Below are positions 13,448 to 25,799 of a DNA stretch of 64,000 nucleotides, one piece after another (within the stretch, counting starts at the first letter, position 1; each line of letters opens with the position of its first letter). The notes beneath the pieces are model-generated. The model was not told where the DNA came from. It saw nothing but the letters and a program-made list of their open reading frames with translations, and did no database searches. A program made the translations under genes and the position numbers. Source of the stretch: Convolutriloba macropyga. Lineage: Eukaryota. The stretch spans positions 51,584,001 through 51,648,000 of the forward strand of contig NC_134472.1 of NCBI RefSeq assembly GCF_964194025.1, given 5' to 3'.

Positions 13448-13845
13448 TAAACCGACAAATGTCGGAAGAATTGCTCTTGAACGACAGGCAAGGCAATTTA
13501 ATTCAAGGTCTGTAGCCTAAATCAATTTTTCTTTATAGGTGCAAAAAACCTTGACCTCAACGGGATTCGAACCCTTGACCTCCCGATCTATGCCCACCCG
13601 CATTAACCACTGTGCTCTGTTTCACGTATTTTCGCAAACTGCAACCGATTATATAATAGCAACAAGCTTTACTTAGGAGACAGCAATAGAGATCACTCAA
13701 AAATGAACGAAAGCGTAAAAAGTCACTTGAGAAGTCAAAGAATGTTCTAGAAGAAAAGCGCAAAATTGTCAAGCGAAAAATTTGCATAAAAAAACACACA
13801 CGCGTTTACAATAATTGCTATGAGCTTCGTTCAAGAGCAATTAAA
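13448..13845 (-). mobile_element. HINE-like element family B with an internal tRNA-like Pol III cassette (in RFC1 intron)
   Basis: Hairpin ccgaca-aa-tgtcgg at 13452-13465; perfect 16 bp subTIR aattgctcttgaacga 13469-13484 / 13827-13842; inner IR taattgct...agcaatta; B box ggttcgaatc (-) at 13564-13573. Confidence 0.75.
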
Positions 13846-14453
13846 CAATAAACAACAAATTATCAAATAAATTAAAACAAAAATTTTGAATAAAAAATCA
13901 GGCAAAGAAGAACACTGCCAGAAAATGGTACGAAAACTTTCAAACTCATATTGAATCCAAATTCATTGCTAAAGGTCTCTGATATTTTTCACATCCAATA
14001 AATTTGGTCAAAGAATCGCAAATTTGACTAGAAATTAGTGCTTCGAAGAAAAATTGTTTTTCTTGCTTTCTTTTTGACAACGATAGAAATCCAAAAAAAT
14101 AGAGAGCAAACAGTGGATGCAAAATTTGACCATGTTGTATGTAAAACCATCTCATTACATTTCAAAACTTTGATATATTAAAGACATTAGTCTGATAGGA
14201 TTACCAAGAGAGTTTTTAAATTTAAATAAAACAAATCTAATATTGACAATGCCTAATTAAGAGCTCCAATAGTATCAAACTCATTGAAACAATAGATTTT
14301 GAGAAACGGATCAAGGTCGTCAACCTAAAAAAGCACTCACTAAAAGCTTTTACAATATCTAACGACTCAGTAACTATGGGAAGGTGAATGAAGCTTTTGA
14401 AAATAAACGGTTTCAAACATTTTTAAAGACAGCTTAAATATATAATCATCCAT

Positions 14454-14796
14454 ATAATAATAATAATAATTGTGGTTTCTGCGTAATCGCAGTGGAACAG
14501 CATTAGGCCTACAGTAGCCTGTTTTCAGCTGCCCTTTTTCTTATTATTCCCCACATTTCAGACTGTTCTTTTTATGAGCAGCATTGCTCTTTTTTGGGTG
14601 ACTTTAGCCACTTTTTTTGAGTCTGAAACTTTCACGTGGTACCATCATTGTAGCCAACATTGGTCAGGCTATGGTCAACCTGAAGCTATGGTTAAGTAAG
14701 AGCTCATCCTTACACAGACAACTTCACGGAGGCAGGGGATTGAACTCTCAATCATTGGTGTGTGAACCACACACCTTACCTCTCGGCTATCACGCC
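14454..14796 (-). mobile_element. tRNA-derived SINE with (ATT)n tail
   Basis: Minus strand starts ggcgtgatagccgagaggtaagg (A box), then gagttcaatccc (B box), a ~270 bp body, and ends attattattattatta. Confidence 0.75.
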
Positions 14797-16939
14797 GCAT
14801 ATGAACAGTTTAAAACAACTAGAAAGCAAACCGTTCCAATAATGAATCTAGTTTTTGACAGTGTGACAAATACGACAAATTAAAGCATGACTCAAATACC
14901 TGCATGCATTTCTGAATATGTACCCAAGTCATTAGGACCGCTAGCTACATACCATTAACGTTTAAAGAGAAAATGACTCTAACCTATAGAGACTACTTGA
15001 AAAGTGCCCTATTTCTTACTGCAATACGAAGTAGTTCAGATCTCACTGATTGCGAAAAAAATTTTAGAATAAAGGGTACCAAAATTAATACAAGTGTAAC
15101 CAAATTATAAATTTAATGCCAAATTCGGATCATTAAATAATTTATACAGTATTGCAAAAAAGTAAACATTGAGTACGATATGCAAAACAAAAGACAAAGC
15201 AAACAAAAAAATGTAAAACAACAGATCAGTGCCAAACTCCACAAGAAATTTGTGTAAAAACCAATCTTTGGGAAAAACCAAATGGTTTATAAGTTTTCGA
15301 AGGACTAGAGTTAAAATGAAAAACGAAGATTGAGGAAACTTTGCGTTGCTACAATGCAGATGAGGTCAGTCAAAAATGGTACTCAGACCGAACACCAAAA
15401 AGAACTATTATTAAGAGCACATTAAAAAAACCATGCCTAATCTTTTACCGGATCCCATAAACTAAAACTCCCATCATCTGCAAATTAAATGTAGTTACGT
15501 TTCTTACAGTCGTGAAGAAATCAGACAGAAAAAGAACAGTAGTAAAATACCGAACGTAAACAAACCATCTCTGGAAAATTTATTTGCTCTCACGTCAACA
15601 GTAGGTTTTGAAGTCCTAAAATTAGTCGTTTGATATCTGTATGGCTACCGCGGGACTAAACTCACGCTCAAAGTTAGCTCAACAAAAACCAAAATGTGTG
15701 TGCAGATTTTCAAAAAAGACGCTCAATTAAAATCCAATTTCTTTTAACTCTAAAACTGCGTTTTATAATAGACAACTGAGTAGCCAAATCTGGTTCGCAA
15801 AAATCCAGACACTCAATTTTACACTAACTGAACAGAACCCACAGTTGAACAAAGAAATATTAAAGTGAAAAGTTTCTCAAAAAAGGTTTCATGTGTCTAA
15901 TTTCTTTTTCAACTCAATTTTGCGAAACTGTTTTTTGAACAAGCAAGTTTTTGGTAGCTGTCGGACCAATCTTGGCCTTTAGATAAGGCTATATGACATT
16001 TCTAAGTTTTTAAATGGCGATTTTCTTAACTTTAAAACTCATGAACAATAAATCAAATGAGATATTTAAGAAGATTTTCCACAAAAAAATATTCGAATCT
16101 TGCAATTCAAAAATCTGATCAAATTGGCTAAAAATGGGCTTAAATTTTGTCTCAAAAGTTCTCAAAAGTTCTCAAGCAATTGATATTATTAGCAGTTCAG
16201 TTTGAATCAGTTTGAATCACTCTCGCACAATTGCTTATTTAAGGTACCCTCGATCAAACCGTCAGTTAACGAAAAAGATAATTTAAATCAAGTTATAAAT
16301 GCAAAATCATTGGTTGATGCAAGAAAAAAATTGAGCCAAAAGTTTTGACGGCCTTAACTATATATAGTAAAAGTGTAACATGCATTAGTTTTAATCATTA
16401 AGAAAACCTAACTCCGCCAATAAACATACCTCTAACTCTTCTTAAATTTTATTGTCTTCAGTTTTTGTCCAAGATAAGAAAACAGCAATATATATACACT
16501 CTTTCATCCGGTTTTAACACGCCCGGTTTCATCATCCAAACTCAAACCCATCAAAAAATTTTTTGTATCGACTTTTCTAAGATCCCAACTTTGCGAAACA
16601 AACTGTTTCATGCACAAACAACAGTTTTTAGAGGCTGTCAGGTCAATTGCGCCTCTACACCGAGCCATGTCTAAGATATCGAACTTTTTTAAGGTCGATT
16701 TGAGTTAGTTCGAGATTTTCTGTCTCAGGAACAACTCACGAACAATTAATCAATTCCCATATCTTATTTTTTCGTGTTTCTCAAGATAACACACTCAAAA
16801 AGTTGATTAATTTTGCTAGTCTGGGATGCCCGAACAAATCGATTGTCTCAAAAAAGCGGGACTGACATTAGGTTCTCCCATTTTTTTCTCAAAAATGTGA
16901 GAGCAGGAAACAGTAGAATGAACCACTATAATACTAATC

Positions 16940-18608
16940 AAAAAACATAGGCGGCAAATTGCCAGAAAATAGCCGCAATAGCTTTGTAGATCTTCAGTCT
17001 TAAAAAGATAGTAAGGAGCAGAGCAAAAAAAAATTTCTTTTTATTAAAAGCTTAGATGCTACATTTTGATTAAAAATCTGCATAACCTATTGCTGCTTCT
17101 ATCAACTGTTCTTAAATAACCTTCAATTAGAGTGACGCATATTCACTTGACCTTGTCTCTTTGAATTGAAGTCAAGAAAGGTCAAATTGAGAAAGAGGAA
17201 GCCATTTTTGAGTCAGGTTTATCATATCTGACCAAAAACTTAATCACGCGAAAGAACAAAAAACTCGCTCCAATAGGAATCAGAAAAGACGTCACGCACG
17301 TAATTCAGTTAAAATTGCTTGCAAGAATGAACAAAAAGCAGATTTAAAGTGAGTGTGACGTCATGTTCGTAAAAATCTTGACGACGCAATAAAAATCATA
17401 GCAGGACAAATCCTGACATACAATTCAAAGAATTGTCATTGGCTAAAAAAAACTAGAACTAGAATTGACAATGACTGTATTAAGAAAATCATTTAGAAAA
17501 AAAACTTGAAAAAAAAACAGTAAATATCAATGTCAAAATTCCGCATGTGAAAAAACTAGCGAGAAGGCCAATTTTTGTTCAAACACCATTTTCTCACTCT
17601 AATTTAAAATTAGAGCAACAAAACTCACGCCGCAAAACCACTCGCTTTTTCGCTCCACTTACTGTTTCGGCGTGACCCCAATCATACTCCAATTTGACTT
17701 CAAAAATCATGAAACTCTGTGAACAGATCTTAAAAAAAACATAGCCAGACGAATTCCGGGAACGACTCGCAGTAAAAAACAGGCAATCCTCACTGACCTG
17801 GAGCACCTCGTACTTGATTGCATGAAACCTTTTGAAAAAAAAACAGGAAAACTTACATGAGAAAACAAACACAGAAACAAAAAGCATCTGATAAAATTTA
17901 CATCAAGTTCCGACTCTATTATTGGCAAAGGCAAAAAAAAACCTCGCGAAGGCAAAATTGATGGCAACGGAAGAAAAAATGAAAAACCAATATTCTCAAT
18001 AAAAATTCGAACAAAACTCTTCAACGCTACCATGCAACCTCTCAAACAATATTTGGAAAACCTTAAATTAAATTTTCAGTCATTCGACCAATACGTTGCA
18101 GAAAAACATTAAGAAATCAAGGTTACAAAAGCAAAGAAGACAAAAACCTGGAAAAAATTAGAAATATGTATAAATTATTTGAGTGAAAAGTGCCCTATCT
18201 AGCTTTCAAGTGAAACAACAAGTGTAACAACACCTGTATAATTCCTCTCAAATAAAATGTGATTAAGAAAAATGACAGCAAAAACCATAAAATTGGACGA
18301 AATAGGCAAAAAAAAACTTAAAATCAGACAAAACTGGCAAAATTTTGCTCAAGTTAATTCGATTTTATTTAACAAAAAGAAAATACCCAAAGTTAATAAT
18401 AATCAAATTAAGAGACAAAGAACCGATTTAAACCACAAAACACCCTAAATCCAAACACCCTAAAACCCTCCTCTCGAGTCATAAAAAAGACAGCGCCCCA
18501 ATACAATTCAAATTCTTTGAATTGTAAAAAACCGAAATTCTTTGAAATGTAAAAAAAACCGAAGAGAAAGCCAATAATAGCCTCAGCTACCGCTTTGCGG
18601 CTATTAAT
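16940..18608 (-). mobile_element. HINE-like element family C, ~1.67 kb (in RFC1 intron)
   Basis: A-run, hairpin ggcaa-a-ttgcc 16953-16963, 11 bp subTIR aatagccgcaa 16968-16978 / ttgcggctatt 18595-18605, inner IR taatagcc...ggctatta; related copies at 4860-5363 and 40842-41307. Confidence 0.7.
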
Positions 18609-18635
18609 AACATTGTTCTTAAATCTGCTGCTTAC

Positions 18636-21296
18636 TTGTAAAAGTCGGTCATTTTTAGATCGTTTCGAATTCTGTCCCAGCCATTGCGGAAATGCAACAA
18701 ACGGTCCCATACCACCTTGACACAATTCTCCCGGAATCACACAGGTATACATTCCCACTTTAGGCAAGAGAGACCAATTATTTGTCGATCGGATTATTTT
18801 GGAAGTCAAGTCACCGTATGTCAATGAATCCGCTGACTTCGAAATCGCAGCTAATGTAGATTTGTTATTACCTCGACTCATGGTAGTTTGCAAATAATTT
18901 TCCTGCATAAATAATGGCATCATACTATAGTCATAGAAGAAAAGATCGAGCTTGTTTCCTATAGTCATTTTTCTCCGCTCTTCGCCAAAACAGAAAGCAG
19001 CGCGACAGGCATCGAATGGACCCATTTTCTGATCTTTCTTAGCAGCGGTTGCCTTTTCCTTTGCTACGTCATAAGTTAAAGGTTTTTGCATACAGAACCA
19101 AGCCTGCAAATGGTGTATAACCTGACGGACATCTTGGTTAGCACCTATGATCATTTGTTCCAAAGCGTTGGGATTGATTTTAAGGCCCTCTTTAAAGCAC
19201 ATGGACATCATTGCACTTTTCAACTGCTCAACTCTTGGTCTCTGGAACCTTAAGTCAAGACAGTGGTTTGCGAGACTCCGGACTTTTTGGTGTTGTCTGT
19301 CGTTGCATATACATATTACAGGTATTTTGGACTTCTTGATTAATCCAATTAGCTCACCCATTCCACCTCTGTCTTCATTGCCAGCCATTCCATCAACCTC
19401 GTCCATTATTAAGACGTGCTTCAATTCTGCCTCTTTTGACGTTGTGACGTCACTAGAAGATTCTTTTGATGTCATCAAGGATGTCAAAGTCCCTGACTTC
19501 AAAGTTTCTGCTACAACATTATTGAGCAGTTTTTGAGATCGCGTATCACTAGCATTCATGCTTATCATTTCAAAGCCCAACTCCTTGCAAACGATAGTTG
19601 CAGTTGTAGTTTTGCCGATACCCGCAACTCCAGAAAGTAGTGCGGCACGATAAATTAACCCGTTCTCTTTGTTACCAGGCACACCTCGGTACGATTTATG
19701 GGTAAACACTGCATGCCAATTTTGTAACCAGTACAAGAGTTTCTTGGCATTGCTTTTGTCACCCTGCTGACCAATAATTTGCTTTATTGATTTAGCTTGG
19801 TATTTGTCAACCCAGAGCAGAGAGTCTTGTGGGTCGTGATTAGACTTCATGTCTCTAGGTGCATTTAAGTTCGTATTGCTCGCCTTGCGTTCATCGACAG
19901 AATTGGACTTAAGCACTGGTGTTTGAGATTTCTTGGTCTCTAATTTCGCGTTTTTGTTGACTATATCGAGCACAGCAGAGTTATTTGAATTTGAAATAGC
20001 AGTACACTCTAATTTTGTGGCCTGCTTTTCAGGGTTAACTTTTGCTGCCTTGCTTTCTGGTGAAGTCTCATCTTTAATAGAAGAGCTTTTATCGGGAATT
20101 CTCTTCTTACCTGTTTCATATGATTTCGAGTTTTCTATCGTACTTTTCAATTTAGCATCAACATCTCGCTCATCTTCATTTTTCAACTCTTCACCTTTAC
20201 CTTTAGTATGTCTTGACACAAGTTCCAATAATTGATCTTCGTCTATTTTTTCAGTTCCGCATTTTTCAGCTTTCGAAACCTTTGATTCCCCTGGCTCTCT
20301 TCCAACAACGATATAGGATGTCTTCGAACTGACAGTAGTAACAACTTTACCTCCGTGCCGTTCAATGAAAGATTTTACGTCGTCGCGTTCAAAACTTTCC
20401 ATAATCCCAGTAAGAACAAAAGACTTCCCAGATAAGCAATCATCCGGGCCGCGTGGAAATTTCTTTGCTCCCAAACTTTGAGGTCCAGCTCTATTTTGAT
20501 AGGACCAATAAGCCGAACGATTACTCGTCAGCTTTTTATCCGATAAGTTTGTTTCTTCATTTTTCACAGAAGTCGAGGCTTGCGGAGTAGGTGTTTTCTC
20601 GGCCGCCAGTGTTTTCGATTTATCTTCAGCTTTCTCATTTTTCTTGGGTGTTGCCGTCGATGAACTATTTTTACTCGAGTTACTCACAGTTGGCGGAGAT
20701 TTATTCTCGCCAACTTTTTCAACTGCGGCTCCAGCATTATTTTTGGATCTTTTTGCTGCAATTTGGTCCACTTGTGCTTCTTCGTATTTCAATGAGAGCA
20801 AAGGATCGTTGTCCAATTGAGCAAGAGCTTCCTTAAACTTAGGGTTGCTGTGCACCTCAGCATCAGGAGGTAGGCTATTACTTTTCACAGGACTCACTTT
20901 TTTCTTCGGTGGAGATGTAGCTTTCTCAACATCCTTGCTCGCTTCTGTATCGTTAGAACTCGGCGCCGCAGCTTTCTTGCTTGTTTTTGATGACTTTCTA
21001 AATTCATCTATCGGTTTACTAGCTTGCTGTACTGTTGCCGAACCGAAGAAATCATCCGCGGTTGTCAGCTTGATAGTTTTTGGAGGTGGGTTTTTTGACT
21101 TTGTCTCGGCTGCCTTCGCCTCATGATGCTGCTTCTTAGACACTGGATTGCTATCATCTTCATTTTCATCATCTGAATCCAGCATGATGACTCGTTTCAT
21201 TTTCTTTGATTTAGATTTGGAGGATCCTGCCTCTTCATTGCTGGTGGAGGCTTTCGGCTTGCCGAAAAAATCTCGAATATCTTCTAATCTCTGCAT
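18636..21296 (-). CDS. RFC1: Replication factor C subunit 1, large first coding exon (887 codons: N-terminal DIRxFF motif, BRCT, AAA+)
   Basis: EDIRDFFG; BRCT (LSGKSFVLTG...GGKVVTTVSSKTSYIVVG); LWVDKY; Walker A GVAGIGKT; NASD; Walker B MDEVDGM. Donor CAA|gtaagc at 18635. Spliced protein ~1074 aa. Confidence 0.95.
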
Positions 21297-23094
21297 TCTG
21301 AATTCGATTTTAATTGCTTATCATTCCGTGATCTAAAACAGCAGCAATATTTCGGGAGTCAATCGCAGAAACTATACGGAAAGATACTTTAGCAGAAACA
21401 ACAAAACGGAAATTAATAGGTTTCCAAGACAAATTAATAATTAAACAATTTTAATTTTCAATGTCAATATCACCCATACCTATTACTTTCATAACTTTTT
21501 TGGCAGTAGTCCCAAGAGACGACACTTTAATTGACGGAATAATGCAGTGAAAAAGAAGACAAATTCCAAGAAAAACTGCAGAAAACTCACCGCATATTTA
21601 ACTAAAAGCCTGTTTCATTTTGACTGTAGTGTGACATACGTTTGACATTCTTTTACTTCAGAAAACTTACCAAATAATTATATCCGCAACACATTCATTG
21701 TTAACAGCAAAAAAATTAAAAAGCGGCAACGCTTTAAGAACCGCTCTATTTTCCAGATATTCAGATATTAGACAAACTACGTCAATTAAATGACAAGCTC
21801 ACTGGTATTTGTTTAATTCAATTGCAATATTTGACGTACATATTTTTGTGTTAAATTTTTATACACTCATACCACCCAAAACAAATATTTAGGACCTCAG
21901 TAAACAACTCGGCTCGGAAAAAAACTGCAAAATTTTTTAGCTCAAAAAATGGTACTCCACTGTTCAATTCCACGATCCATTTTTCAAACTTTTAAACAGT
22001 GGCAGCAATATATGCTCCAGTTCGCCAGAATGCGTTCTATAAATAGGACCACGCTACTTAACTACTTAAAAACTTGCACGCCCCTGTTTATCTGAACATC
22101 TCAAAATTCTCAAGAATGTGAATGGTATGCAGTTGTAGAACAAAATTAACAGTCGGCGAGATTCATCAGTAAAATCTTATATCTCAGTATAAATCTTATA
22201 TAATCTCAGTATAAACTTTATATCGTATCAGCAAAATCTAGTATAAAACTTAGGTTTTTATTATAGTGAGAAAATGGATATGATAAACAACATGAATCAG
22301 CTTTATGATCGATTCGCTTAATTCAGGTTTAGCAAGGATTTCGGAGGTTCAACATGAAATAAAAAGCATTTGCAGTGCAAACTACAAAAAAAACGAAATG
22401 CTATTTGTGGTAACTTTTTCACTTCGCTCTAGGAACGTCAATTATATGTCCAATACATGATCAAAACTATTTGCAACAACAATTATGGGCTACAAAAAGT
22501 ATTGAGATAACATATTAAACATATCTCACGAATTGCTCCCGGAAGACAAACGGGGGCTCGATGCAATTTTAGCCTGCTTCAGCCAGGTTACCAGCGGTTC
22601 AATAGATTTACTAAAGGGCTTCAAAGGACCTTAGCTTGAATAGGCCATTAGCAAAATTCAAAATAAAAAAGGAACACAAATTCAGCGCATTTGATTTTCA
22701 GTAGAACCTAGCCACTAATTTGTTCAAAAGCCTGAAATTGTGAATGAAAAGGCGATTTAAGTTACGCAAAAAAAAATTAAGTCACCTGAAGTCAAATCAG
22801 TCAGACAACAATTTTTCATTAAGACAGTACTACAACAATTGATTCAAGCTTTTTCGGGAGCAAATGAAAACAATTCTCAAGTACTTGCTTCTGTCGCACG
22901 AAAATATTCAACATAATCAGTGATAAAAGATTAAGGAACTACTTCAAATTCGCACAACTGCACCTGAAAAGTTTCCAGAACTATCATTCAATAAGGTTTT
23001 TGTTGAATTTTGCTGCCCAATAACTACTTCTGGTGATGACAAAAAAGGCAGGTTTAAGAAACTCTATTTTTGCACTTATTCGGCATGGTTAAAT

Positions 23095-24249
23095 TGTTGA
23101 TATCATTTTACGTCAACTAGATGATGCGCCTTCACTTTGGCCGGTTCCTTGGGTATTTGGTCTTAAGACCTTTAGAGGAAACAATTCCAAGCCATAAAAA
23201 TAAGAGCATCGGTGCGAAGACCATCTGGGGTCCAGCTCTTTGAGGACATGAATCCCGTGGGCCTCAAGTCTCCTTGAAACCATCTTTATGGACATAGCAG
23301 AGAAGATGTTCTCTGAACAAAACATGTAGTGCAGTCATTCTTTATCATTTTAGCTCTGCGATCACAGTGGCAACACTACTCTATGATGTAATTTTCTGTA
23401 GCTATCACAACACCTATCTTGTCTAGATCTTACACAATTTTTCGTACTAGAAGACTTTCAATTCAGATACTAAACTTGCGCAAGGACAACAAACACAGTT
23501 TTCTCCGACACCACTCATCAACTTTCAGAAAACGCAGTGTAGCAATTATCACAGCTTCCTCACATCTGTACAATACTAATTCTGTATTCGTTGCCTACTT
23601 GCAAAGACGTTCAGGTTGATTAGAGTTCACAAGATTTCAATTTGAGTCTTTCCAAATCACTTCTACTTAAACAAACTTCATCTACTAGTCTTGATTTCAC
23701 TTTCTTTACTTTGTTAACTTTTGAGCCAGTTAAGACATTCTCGAGCTTATTGGAGACATTTTCAACCAGGTAGAAATCAGCGAGACATGAAGGCGAGAGC
23801 CACTTTTATAACAGGGTCAGACCAACAACCACTTTTACTCCATTCGTTCAAGGGCGTTAATTAGAGGCTCTGACTGGACTCTTTCATCTCAGGCTCTCGC
23901 CTGCACTAATGAGTGTCGGACTGGCAAGGAATTCCAAACGAATTTCGTTGAGTCCGAGGTGGCTTATTCAGTGCACACTCCTCAGATTATCCGCTTAGCT
24001 AACAACCGCTAACTGCGTTGTTAGCAGTTACCCAGGGGCACCACGTGGAGGTTGTGGATCACGTCTATGCTCTGGATTACTAACCTTCCTCCGAAGGTTT
24101 TCGTCTCAGCAATGCGCTTCCACGTTTCCCAGATAATCTTTATGCCACGAAAGAAATTGCGATTTAAGATCGTGAAAATTTGTGTTGACTACAACCAAAC
24201 TGAATTGTCAATCAATTGCATTACTCTGCTGTGGATTCAGAGTTCAAGA
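23095..24249 (-). mobile_element. Possible solo LTR
   Basis: GC-richer ~1.15 kb block bounded by tgttga ... ttcaaga (near TG..CA), TATAAAA on the minus strand at ~23805-23811, imperfect 4 bp flanks aaat/taat. Confidence 0.35.
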
Positions 24250-25799
24250 TAATCAGATCATGAGAAAGTGCTTCAAAATAAATTTTTTCCGATTTTTGGG
24301 ATTTAGTTCTATACGAATTCTGGACTGCATTTATTTTCACTCATATAATGTTTTCGAAATAACTGTTTCAAAATAACAAATAAAACAATTTAGAGGACTT
24401 CCCATTCCCCAAAAACTCGTCCCCGACAGTTATGTCGTATATTATAGTCATGATTTAAGGAAAGGAATGCCCTGAAAATATCTTTCATGTATTTCTATAT
24501 TTTCGTGTGTTTGGAACTCCAAATGTTTGTTTTCTTTCTTTTGGGAAAGGAAATAACTCGTGAAGAGCTTAAAATTGTACCTAATTTTGTAAAATTCGTC
24601 AGAAACTGAGACAGCTTGCCGTCTATATTCCCTAAATAAATCGAGTGCTGAAATCAATGGTATTTCATTAAATTTTACACTGTAAGTACCCAAAATACTA
24701 AAAAGCTTCAGACAGCAAGAACTGCAAAAGAAAAAGTTTGCAGTAATTATGAAACTCAAGGAAAAATATCAAAAGCAAATGCTCCATCTCTAGTTGAATA
24801 CAATTATCGCAAGAACGAGTGCAACTGAATTCGTCAATCTGAAAACCTGTTCTAGTCAAAAATACCAGCAACTAACTATTGATTTTGATAAAAACACAAC
24901 GCTTGATGTATGCTTATAGCAGATGGACGAATCTTGTAAATTTTTTGATATTTTTGTCACCTTTTCATATTTGCAAGAGCAAACCACAAGAGCTCCCCAA
25001 TATTTTTACGCACTCTTGGCTAAGCATCTTAATCAGCTTTTGATAAAAGTGAATGTGTAGCAATATTTATTATCTGATTTTTAAAAACAAAATTGAAGCG
25101 TATTTGAGATTGTGGTTTATCGTTTTGCATAAACAGTAGCCGATCAACAAAAAACAGGGGCTAAAATTTGAGTTCCCGAAACTCTGAAAATTTGAAGAAG
25201 ATAAATAAACGATCAACATGGGATGAATTACTCTCAAACGACCAGTGGGGTAGGGAAGAAGTCTTTTTTCTTTAGTGGTAAGTCATGTGTAACCAAAAAT
25301 TCAACAATACGAATGAACAGAACAGGACAAAAACTGAATTACAATGCAAAAACTTGAATGATCCAATGACCTGAAAATTTTCATTTTTACAGCAACATCA
25401 AGTTAAGAGAGTGAACAAAGCCCATGACCCTATTTGCGCAAAAATGAACAAAAATCTAAAAGCAATTAAAATCTTTCTCTTTCCATGATCTAGTGTTTTA
25501 AGAGTCAACAATTTTGACCATACCTGAACATAACAACATCAAAACTGACACAACGCGTCCTTAGAATGAGCACACAATACAATAACCTTGTGCGAATCAA
25601 CAGAACACTATATTGGAAAAAAAGAGAGTCAGTGGCGCCCAAAAAAGAAAACCATATTAACTCCCCATTAGCTCCCTATGAGACTTGTCCTTAATAAGAT
25701 CATACAATAACAAAAACAAAAATATAACACTATCAAACTCAAAAACTCACAAACTCAAGCGTCAAAGTCATGAAAACTCGATCCAAAAACTAAATTCAT

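Noticed and set aside
13550-13625. Functional tRNA genes here and at 14730-14796, 44505-44585
   Set aside because: Acceptor and anticodon stems do not pair properly, and all three lie within repeats.
18408-18635. C-terminal 75 aa of the 962 aa ORF as genuine RFC1
   Set aside because: Lies beyond a canonical donor and inside a repeat; RFC1 homology resumes at 12689.
22168-22250. ~19 bp degenerate repeats cagtataaatcttata
   Set aside because: Short low-complexity slippage array with no further structure.
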